From Jimgerdemannia flammicorona (lineage: Eukaryota): 46,902 nucleotides of DNA. The number at the start of each line of letters is the position of its first letter. Position 1 is the stretch's first letter. A program made the translations under genes and the position numbers. The notes under the pieces are model-generated. The model saw only the letters and a program-made list of their open reading frames with translations, made no database searches and was not told the DNA's origin. This document shows positions 1 to 10,020 of this stretch, piece after piece. The stretch lies in assembly GCA_003990765.1 (NCBI GenBank), contig RBNJ01000050.1:1-46902 (forward strand). Direction: 5' to 3'.

Positions 1-43
<43 letters not shown>
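1..43 (+). repeat. Poly(A) tract at the window edge, possibly the tail of a retroposed (LINE) insertion
   Basis: 43 consecutive A directly before copia coding sequence; upstream context is outside the window. Confidence 0.6.
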
Positions 44-47
<4 letters not shown>

Positions 48-276
48 TAAATTTAAGCATAAAGTAGATAAGTATATATATACTTCTTGGATATAACAGA
101 GTGGTATATAGATTATAGAATCTATAGAAATATTATGTAGTTATCTCTTGTAATATTTAGTTCAAGAAGATCAAAGAGTAGAAAATTTATACTCAATAGT
201 ATTACTAATAACATCTATACTAACTTCAAAGGTGAGCAGAATAGTATATATACTAGTACTAGTATAACTTATATAT

Positions 277-737
277 TGTGATGGTATAGCTAGATTTGGA
301 AGAAGGAAATAGAGAACAGATACTTAATTGTACCCAGTCCCAAAGTAGCCACATAGTTAGCAGTCCTCAATTTTGCCATTTGCTAAATATTTTGCAAAGT
401 GTAAGATTGAGCTTCTCAATATAGTATAGCATTTTGCAACTGGCAAAATATTTCGCAAAGTGTTAAATGACTCATAACTTAGCCACATAACTCAGTAACC
501 ATCTCATAGCTAGCAAACTTGTGTAAATAACCCAGTATCTTCAAGTGAATAAACCTCAGATCAAAATAGTTCAAAGCAAAGAGATAGCAAAGGAACTAGT
601 AAGCCTGTGGGCAGATATACTTTGAACTCACCCACCCTCCCCTGCAACTCAAAGGACTCTGAGGAGTCAGAGAAGATCAAGTTTTCAAGATACAGAAATC
701 TGACATACTTTTAAGAATAAGCATCTGCTACATTACA
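277..737 (+). repeat. E1 5' LTR
   Basis: Starts TGTGATGG, ends CATTACA; colinear without gaps with 6519-6979; TATA-like TGTAAATA and AATAAA near 522-553. Confidence 0.97.
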
Positions 738-740
738 ACT

Positions 741-758
741 TGGTGCCCATTGGCTGGT
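741..758 (+). promoter_or_regulatory. E1 primer-binding site (tRNA not assigned)
   Basis: TGGTGCCCATTGGCTGGT begins 3 nt after the LTR; the initial TGG is complementary to tRNA CCA; identical in E2. Confidence 0.85.
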
Positions 759-851
759 GATTCAAGATGAATCCCTCACTTTCAAGCTAAACAATGAACA
801 ACTGCCACTACCCGAAGAACCATACAAACTGAACCCCAATACCCAGACAAG

Positions 852-3800
852 ATGGATATAAGACTACCAGTATTTCATGGATATACCTCAGATAAATCAA
901 TCATCATCTTCATTGATGATTTCAAGCAGTATGCTGCTGTAAGGACTCTGACAGCAGTACAGCAAGTAGCCCTCATACCCTTCAGCCTATGAGGTCCTAC
1001 CAGAGCAGCATTCATAGCTGCAACCCATGCAGGAAATGATGTTGATGCTATACTGACAGCACAGAAGACCTAGCTCTGAAATATATATTATACAGATGAG
1101 ATCAAGCAAGCCCTGAAGGATCAGCTCAATACAACATGCTAAGGAATGAGTGAGGATCCAAACACATTCTATACCAGAATTCAATATTAGATAATCCTTA
1201 CAGATTATGCTGCTGCTATCCAAGATCAAGTAGCTGAAGCAACCTTCATGAAAGGAGTCCATCCAGAAATAGCCATGGCTATCCACTCATCACCAGTGAT
1301 TCTGGATCTGCCACAAAAGGTCACCTATGCTCAGTGATACTGGATAGCCAGACACCTACAAGACCATACAATGGAGAGAGTTATAAGAGTCAGAATCAAG
1401 GCATCTAAGTCAACTAGTGTGATCCCCACCATAATGATCAATCGAAACACACCTCAGCCAAAAGCTACAGAGCAGCAAAAGAATAGTGACCCTATGGAGG
1501 AACTCACCAAAAGGTTTGCCGAAATGACTGCCCACCTGGGAGATATGGTAAAGGAAATCTGAGGAAGAGATCGCCACCCTGTTCAGAAGTTTGCCACCAT
1601 CTCAGACAAGAAGAAAGGTATCTGCTACAGCTACAGAGAAGAAGGCCACTACTCCTATGAATGCATGAGTGAAACCAAGTGCAAGGCTCAACCAAGCAAT
1701 GCCACATGAAACAAGGAGCAGGCCAATACAATCACCTTTGAAGAAATTGGAGAATCTGATGAAGAGAAATGGGAGGCCTATTCTGCTCAGACCACTAAGA
1801 AGGATGTTCACAAAGAACCCTACAAGAGACTGCCAGGAAGACCCAAGAAGAATCCAGTGGAAAAGTGGATGGAAACTGCCACAGAAAGCCAAGCCAAAGA
1901 AATGGACCAAGATATGGAGCTGGAGCAAGCAGTTCAAGATATTATCCAAGGAACCACCCCAGCCAGTGAAGGAGAAAAAGAAAAGAAGCTTCGCAAGACC
2001 AAGACCTTCAAGTATGATATCTTCAAGGACCTCAGTCAACAAAAGGTCAATGCAACCTTTGGTCAGCTCACAGAAATCCCAACATTCAGACAGCAAATGA
2101 GGTTTGGACTTGCCAAAATAACTAAGAAACAAGGATGGAAGATAACTGAGGCCAATAACGTTCAAGAGGACTCAGGAGAAGAAAGTGAGGATAATCGCAA
2201 AACCTCTGCTTATGCAACATGCCAAATCAAGAATAGAATCTTTGAAGCCATCATTGATATAGGAGCAGAAGGATGTCTCCTCAGCAAGAAGACAGCAGAC
2301 TGCCTAGGTTGGGATGTGGAAGAAGCAACTAAGCTGGTGTTCATCACAGCTGATGGCACAAGAGCCATACCTCTGGGAAAGATCCAAGATGTTCCCATCA
2401 AGATTAGAGGAGCAACCATCCCAGTAGATGTAATTGTAACCAATGCCACCAACTATGACATCCTCATCAGCAATCAATGGCTTCACAAAGTCAAGGCAGT
2501 AAATGATCTTAATGCCCAGAAGATGCAGATCACCTACTGGGGACAGAAGATACGAATTCCCATCAATGTCAACAAAGGAGTCCTGCCCAACATAGAGGAA
2601 AAAGAGAGTGAGCAAGAGGAAGCTTATATGGTGACTACTCTAAAGAAGAAGAAAGTTGGATAGATAAGTAAAGAAGAATGGTGCAAGAAGATTGCAGAAG
2701 GTTATGCCCCACAAGGAGTCTGTCCTCATGGGATCAAGATGTACTGTATGGAGCATGTCAATGATTGCTACCAGTGCACCATTGGAATCAAGAAGATCCA
2801 CCAGGAAAGAAGGCAGAAAGCTCTCAAAAAACAGATCAGGGAAGAAGAGAAGGAGGAAGATGATGAACCACCAGCCCTTCTAGAGGACAGTGATGATGAA
2901 GAAGAAATCAAGGATAAGATTTGAAAGATCCACCCTGATGCAGTCTTGCCAGAATACAAGTCAGAAAATGCAGCTGGAATGGACATTGCTACAGTAGAAG
3001 AAACTGTGCTGGAACCCCAGACAACCACCCTACTCACAACTGGACTGGAAATGATCATTCCAAAAGACCATATCGGGATCCTCAAGACAAGAAGCAGCCT
3101 GGCCAGAAGCGAAATTACTATTGAAGGAGAAGTCATCAATTCAGACTATACTGGAGAAATTCTGCTCATTGCCAGGAACCACAATCCTACAATTCCATTC
3201 CCAGTCAAGAAGAAGGACCGATTGGCACAGATGTTGATCTTCCCAATCATACAACCAAGGATCATAGAAGTCAAGAATCTGGAGGAAATGAAAAGAGGAA
3301 AGAAAGGATTCGGATCCACAGGAAGAGGAGTATTTGCCAGCACCAAGATCACCAAACTTGAGTATAAGAAGGAGGAAAACACAAGCAAGCACAGCTATAC
3401 CATCGGAAATAAATTTCCACTCAAGAAAGAACTCAAGAAAATACTCCACGAATTCGAAGATGTTCTTGCCACAGATTTCAAGGATATCAAAGAAAAGACC
3501 CCACACTACTATCATGAAGTGGATACTGGAAACACCAAACCAATTTATCAGAAGGCAAGACCTGTCCTGCCAGCCTACCGAGAATGGCTCAGAGAAGAAA
3601 TCAAGCAGATAGAAGAAGCTGGCATCATTAAAGAAGCCAGTAGCCCCTGGTCCTCACCTGTTATACTAGCCTTGAAAAAGAGCAGCAAGCCTGGAGAATT
3701 TGCCCCAAGACTCTGTGTTGACTACAGAAAGCTCAACATGGTTACCAAAAAGGATCGCCAACCACTACCCCTCATCAATGATATCCTTATAACACTGGGA

Positions 3801-4811
3801 GATGAAGCACAGTACTACAGCACTTTGGACTTATACTCAGGATTCCACCAAATTGGTCTCACAGACATGGCAAGTGAAAAGTCAGCTTTCATCACCCCAG
3901 ATGGAACCTACGTCTATCTATGAATGCCATTTGGAATGTGTAATGTACCAGCAAGTTTCCAGCGAATGATGAACAAAATCTTCTGCTATGACATAGGAAG
4001 ATGGATGATGGTCTATGTTGATGATGTAATCATCTACAGCCAGACACCAGAAGAACACCTGCAGCACATCTGGCAGATAATGGAAAGACTGAGAAAGCAT
4101 GGCCTATACATCAAGCCCAAAAAATGCAAATTCGCAGAAATCGAGATCTCCTATCTCAGCCACATCATCAACTGAGATAGAACACACATAGACCCCCTCA
4201 AGATACAAGCAGTGGCAGCATACCCAAGACCCACCACTGTTATAGAAGCCCAAGCCTACATGGAACTTGCCTCCTATTATCGCAGATTTATTAGAGAATT
4301 TTCTAATATTGTGGGACCAATCTATAAACTTAATAAGAAGGATACCAAGTTCTAGTAGACTGGCAGACAACAAAAAGCATTTGATGAACTCAAGTTCAGA
4401 CTGACCCAGGCACCCATCCTCAGAAGACCTGACTAGACTCAAGAATTCATCCTATAGTCTGATGCAAGTGCACAAGAACTAGGAGCAGTCCTAGCTCAAA
4501 AGAAAGATAAAGTGAAGTATGTCATCACATACCTCAGCCATGGAACCCAAGGAGCTGAAAAAGAATACGAATCCTACAAGTTAGAATGCCTTGCAGTCAT
4601 CTGGGCCATAGAAAAGTTCCACTACTACTTGGCTGGAAGACACTTCACCATCCAAATGGACCACTCAGCTCTCACCTAGTTACTGACAACCGGACAACCC
4701 AAAGGAATCTATACCAGATGGATAATGAAGTTGCAAGCTTATGATGTAACCATTGTACACTGCTCTGGAAGAACCAATGCCAATGCAGATGCCCTCTCAC
4801 AGACACCCTGA
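852..4811 (+). pseudogene. gag-pol: E1 gag-protease-dUTPase-RT-RNase H polyprotein (one frame, internal stops from transitions)
   Basis: One continuous frame from ATG 852: capsid-like MDIRLPVFHG, zinc knuckle CYS(Y)REEGHYSYEC, protease AIIDIGAEG, dUTPase, RT RLCVDYRKLN/DLYSGFHQI/MPFG/YVDD, RNase H SDAS..LGAVL/ECLAVIW/DHSAL/ADALS. Stops are consistent with CGA/CAA/CAG/TGG transitions. Confidence 0.93.
2925..3323 (+). pseudogene. dut: Trimeric dUTPase domain within E1 pol
   Basis: All five dUTPase motifs: AAGMDI, TRSSLA, EVINSDYTGEI, DRLAQM, RGKKGFGSTG. Confidence 0.93.
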
Positions 4812-4836
4812 ACTACCTCCAACCAACAAATCAATC

Positions 4837-6027
4837 ATGAATAAGGAGCTCTACTATGGAATTATCACATACCTGGGACAGTGAAAGATGCCCCAACATC
4901 TGGAAGAATAGACACAAATGATTATCAACAGAACATAGAAACAATTCGAAACTGATAGAGAAATACTGAAGAAAGGAAAACTACTAGTTATACCAGAACA
5001 CAAGAAGGAGCAAGTGATGAAATCAGTATATGAACTTGGTCATCTAGGAGGAACAAATACATATGACAAGGCAAGAAGAACAATATGGTGGCCAGGGATG
5101 GAGGAAGATATCAGACAATTCATCAAGACCTGTGACAAATGCCAGAAACAGAAACAAGACCAATGAAATCAAGCCCCAGGATCAGTACACATAGAACTAG
5201 TATCATTCGCCCACATTGTAATGGATGTAATTGGCCCTCTACCCTTGACTTTGACTGGCAACTGATACATTATTGTCATCATAGACCTTTTTACAAAATG
5301 GATAGAAGCAGGACCCATTATGGAAGCCAATGCATAGTCAATCGCAGATTTCTTCTACAAAGAAATCATATGCCAGTTCAAGACCCCAATACAAGTAACT
5401 ACAGATAGAGGAACGGAATTTGTGAACCAGTTCTTCAAAGTTCTCTACAAGAAGTATAAGATCCAGCATATTCAGACCACAGCATATCACCCTTAAGGAA
5501 ACAGACAAGTAAAAAGGACCAACAAAACCCTCAAGAACATTATTGCCAAGATCTGCAATAACTATGAGAACTGGGATCACTATCTGCCAATAGCATTATC
5601 TGCTCTTCAGGATATCTGATCACAAAGTACCCATTTTACCCCTTGAGAAATGCTGTTCAGAGAAGAATATTCTCAGAGAACCCTATTATCTAATAGAGAT
5701 GCTGTATGGAAACATGTGGACATGGAAATATGGAGACTATACCAAATCAGGAAGAAGGCTGAGGATTACATAACCAAGGCACAGACACTATAATGGAGGA
5801 ATGCAGAAAAGACCTACAAACTCTTGGAGATTATCAAGATAGGAGACAAAGTCCTAGTGTATTGGAATATGGTAGAAGCTTCATGGTCACGAAAACTGGA
5901 GCCCAAGTGGGAAGAACCTTACCTTGTGCAAGATATAAAAGGGACCACCTTTTGGCTATGAAAACCCTTAGGCACAATAATCCCCACCTCCATTCACTGA
6001 AACTGACTCAAGAAATATCATGGCTAG
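4837..6027 (+). pseudogene. E1 integrase in a separate (+1) frame
   Basis: MNKELYYG start; H..GHLG/WWPGM/CDKCQK zinc motif; MDVIGPLP, DLFTKWIEA, TDRGTEF, TTAYHP.GN; KLEPKWEEPY (GPY/F); ends H(R)N(R)LKKYHG*. No chromodomain. Confidence 0.92.
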
Positions 6028-6490
6028 TAACAAAAGTACTGCGATGGTACTCAAGATCACTAGTACTGCCCAAAGAGCCATTGAGAGGCAATGGTGCACC
6101 ACCAAGCCTCTGACCATAGAGGAGTCTTATGACAGTATCCAAAGCATTGTGCAGACTCATCTCTTTCAGATCTCACACTTCAGGGCCTATCAGCCTCGAA
6201 ATGAACTCCAAGAGTACTTCAAACTTGGCCAAGTACTCAACCAAGACCCCAAAATGACCAAAGAAAATTAGATCGCAGAATGCCAGCTCTCCTATTCCCA
6301 GATCACCATTGCTAAGAGCATCCACAAGCTATTCTGAGAGGATGAACCAGCACTAGCCCACCTGTGAGGAGTAACTCCCTCAGACTTTGACTGAGTCAGG
6401 CGACACCATTGGGAAACAGTAATGTAACAAATTGCACAATATAAGACCATACAGACCATTGAAGCCTGGGAGTTTGAATAGATGCTTTAA
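6020..6490 (+). pseudogene. E1 ORF3, unknown accessory protein (~156 codons)
   Basis: ATG overlaps the integrase stop. The frame continues past transition-type stops to IAKSIHKLF(R)EDEPALAHL(R)GVTPSDF, which aligns with the LTR ORFs of E2-E4. Confidence 0.75.
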
Positions 6491-6508
6491 GGATAAAATC
6501 ATCTATTC

Positions 6509-6518
6509 AGGAGGAAGT
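6509..6518 (+). promoter_or_regulatory. E1 polypurine tract
   Basis: AGGAGGAAG(T) directly before the 3' LTR; ATTCAGGAGGAAG also precedes the E2 and E3 3' LTRs. Confidence 0.85.
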
Positions 6519-6979
6519 TGTAATGGTATAGCCAGATTCAGAAGAAGGAAATAGGGAACAGACACTTGATCGCACCCAGTCCCAAAGTAGCCACATAGTT
6601 AGCAGTCCCTGATTTTGCCATTTGCTAAATATTTCACAAAGTACAAGATTGAGCTTCTTGATATAGTATAGCATTTCGCAACTGGCGAAATATTTCGCAA
6701 AGTATTAAATAACTCATAACTTAGCCATATAACCCAGTAACCATCTCATAGCTAGCAAACTTGTATAAATAACCCAGTATCTTCGAGTGAATAAACCTCA
6801 GATCGAAATAGTTCAAAGTAAAGAGATAGCAAAGGAACTAGTAAGCCTGTGAGCAGATACACTTCAAACTCACCCACCCTCCCCTGCAACTCAAAGGACT
6901 CTGAGGAGTCAGAGAAGATCAAGTTTTCAAGATACAGAAATCTGATGTACTTTCAAGAGTAAGCATCTGCTATATTATA
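6519..6979 (+). repeat. E1 3' LTR
   Basis: About 92% identical to 277-737 by eye, all differences transitions. Confidence 0.97.
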
Positions 6980-8106
6980 ATATATACCAATAAGGCTAAT
7001 AGAGCCAAGAATTACAGAAATCATAGATAAGGACAATGATGAGAAAACCTCTCTAAAAGACAAAAAAAAGTACAAATCTATATTATAAAATGAAGTTGAA
7101 GTAGATTTAGGAGATTATTAGAACTAGCCTAAGATATTCTATTATAATAGTAAATAATATCACTTAAACTACACTTATGAATATTTCTATATAACAATAT
7201 AAGAAAGAGTGGAAAAAGACTATGAACAAGAAATATGATTTACTTATTAAGAATAACACATGAGATCTAGCCTCTCTTTTGGTAAATTAATAAGTAATAG
7301 GATTCTGCTGAGTATATAAAATTAAATATAAAGTAATATTAATATAAAGTGATATAAGGCTTAATTTATAGCAAAGAGTTATTTATAAAGATATGGTGTA
7401 GACTATAACAAGACCTTCTTTCTAGTATTTAAGCTTACTTTACTTAGAATACTTCTTATGATTAAAGTCAAATATAATAATGAAATTTACCAAATAGATA
7501 CATATTAAGATAGTCTTCTTGAATGGTGATATATATACAAAGCTATACATTTATCAACTACAAGAATATAAACTATATATTGATAAGTAAAAGAAGTTCA
7601 TATATAAGTTATATAAAGGTTTCTATAGTATCAAATAAGTAGTAAGACTGTAAAATCAAAAAATTTACAAATATCTCTTAGGTAATAAATTTAAGAATTA
7701 CAAGGCCAATCTATGCATATATAGCTAATATATATATTCTCAGGAATGATATACTTAGAAATTTGGATAGATAATATCATTCTAGTCAGAATATTGAGTG
7801 AGATTAATAATATAAAGGTAATATTATATTAGGAATTCAAGATGATAGATATGGATAATATGTTCTATCTTCTTGGAATATTAATTATATATGATAGGTA
7901 TGAGTATACTATATATCTATTACAAGTAACTATACTTAAATAATTTGGTATAAGTAAATACAAACCTATTAGAATACCTATAAAGATATCTGTAAGACTA
8001 AGGAAGTTCAATACTATGCCTAAAGATAATAATATCCCCTATTTGCAAGCTGTGGAATTGCTCATATATATTATACTCAAAATGAGGTCCAATATATTAT
8101 ATATAG

Positions 8107-9706
8107 TATTACATAGTGGTCACTAAGTTCTTCAAATATATCAGATTCTCTCCAAGGTATATCTCTTAGACTAACTACAAGTTTGTTATAAGCAAGTTCT
8201 TATTGGAGTACCTTCTCAAGGTATTATAGTCCTCAAACTTCTTATCTTTAAACTATCTTATTATCTCTTAGATTGCTTGTGTAGAATTGAGGGTAAGTAA
8301 ACTGGAACTAACTTTATTTTAAAGGAAATAAGAGGAATATTTATACAAAATATAATTCAGTAGTTGCTAAGTTATAAAGCTAAATATAAATTCCAATAAC
8401 CAAATAAAATACTGGAACACAGAAAACTATAGTTGTAAGTATAAGTTTAAGTATATATATAAGTAGTTGTACAAGTTCAAGATACCAGTAGAATTTCAGT
8501 AATACAAGAAAAGGATACCAGAAGAATTTCTGAGTTATGTAAGATCAGAATGCCAGAAGAATAACAGTTACACAGAAAAAGGATGCTAGTAGAATTCAGT
8601 ATCATCAAGAACTTAGAGCAGAAAGTTCAGAACTATAGTAGCTTTATCTTCATTACTATCATCTAGACTAAAGGTCAGAGACAGGATATCTTCAAAGAAG
8701 ATGAGATCTATGAATATTTTGTCCATTTGTATATATTGCACATTTCATGTGCTTTATATATATTGTATAGGATGACATCATGACCAATGATGTCATCACA
8801 TTTAGCAGTAGTGGGGGCTCTCCAATCTATGACATTCTCTTCTATAAAATAAGGAACAAATGTGAGGTCTTGGGGAGGTCTAACCTGGATACTGGAGCCT
8901 TGGAATACTGAGATCAATCCTTGCAGGAATTGATCAGGATTGTTCTCAAGAATAGGGTTCCAGAACTCTTTTACCTCATCACTATTGAGGGTGATAGTAG
9001 ACTGGACTTTTGTGGCCACTATAGCCTTCAGTGCATTGGTGTAGTAGGCTGATAGTTTCTTGAAGTCTGAGGTTCTAATATACTCTAAGTTGGAGATTGA
9101 CCATGGTATATGTCTGAAGACCTGATGAATCTTTTTAGCTATCTTTATTTTACATATATCTATAGAGATGACATCTTGTATTTCTTAGTAACTGGCCTGA
9201 GAGAATTCCCAGCAGAGGAGGTTTCTTATTTCATACTTCTGCCATATCCAGAGGTATTCAGTAGTGATAGTGATCCTTATTTCCATTTTACAGCAGCAGA
9301 AGATATAATGATAAGGGTCACCAGTACCTAGGTTAAGACTAGGAGTTCTTTTTATGTGAGTTCTCAGGGCTCTTCTGATGTCTTGAAACATTCTTTCCTG
9401 GACTGAGAGGTCTTGGTGATTCCTGGACCTTGAGGTTTGGTGAGCAGCAGACATTTTGTATGTGGTAAGTCTTTTGAACTATTTTTGTGAGCTTTGTTTG
9501 GATTGCTGTGACTGCAGTTTCTTGATCCTTCTTTTATATTCCTCAAGATGTTGGTCTTGTAGTTACAATAACTCACAGTTGTTCATTATTGCTCATCTTG
9601 TAGCCTGGGTGAGTCATGCTATATGATCTTCTTGTGCTCCAATCTAGTGACTTGTAAGGAAAGGCTGTCTCCTATACTAATGTCATCATTTTGAATTACT
9701 GTTATA
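8107..9706 (-). repeat. E2 3' LTR (1600 bp)
   Basis: Colinear with 15208-16807 at an offset of about 7101; abuts the PPT. Confidence 0.95.
8613..9454 (-). pseudogene. LTR(U3)-encoded ORF of E2, 3' LTR copy (~280 aa consensus)
   Basis: Track ORFs 9185-9454 and 8708-9019 are one frame linked through a CAA>TAA stop. A 1-nt deletion near 8730 separates the acidic tail ending VLNFLL*. Confidence 0.8.
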
Positions 9707-10020
9707 TCTTCCTCCTGAATAAGGATCTTCTATTGATTATTTTTATTCATTGGTCCAGTTTGAAAAATTTGCTGATCTTATAACCTCTGATAGGGGATCG
9801 AAAAGTGGTATTTATGGACTGATATCTTTCCTATATATTTTTGCATAATGGTGAAGGATCACTCTCTTCATATAGAGCAAGGGCCTGATTCTGATTTTGA
9901 CTAATCAGTTGATGGTTCAAACTCCTCTAGCTTTAAAAGTTTCATAAATAAGTAGTTGCTGGTACCATATTCCTTAAAGAATGGTCCAGACAGATTGCCT
10001 GCTGGTCATGAGACATGCTG

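Larger units (their letters stand above)
277..6979 (+). mobile_element. E1: full-length Ty3/gypsy LTR retrotransposon with dUTPase and an extra ORF
   Basis: 461-bp LTRs (TG...CA; the 3' copy ends TA), PBS, PPT, domain order gag-PR-dUT-RT-RH-IN, and ATAT TSD at 273-276 and 6980-6983. Confidence 0.97.

Noticed and set aside
741-758. Assigning the E1/E2 PBS to a specific tRNA
   Set aside because: It implies a tRNA ending GGGCACCA (Thr-like among others), but transition decay and the lack of host tRNA sequences prevent a call.
2946-3323. dUTPase as a host or viral gene
   Set aside because: In frame within pol and present at the same position in E1 and E2.
987-4442. Minus-strand ORFs over E1 (and similar antisense ORFs over E2 and the LINEs) as real genes
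   Set aside because: Shadow frames of strand-biased coding DNA; L/S/F/P-rich with no motifs.
6020-6490. ORF3 or the LTR ORFs as env
   Set aside because: Env-like position, but too short and no signal peptide, furin site or transmembrane segment visible.
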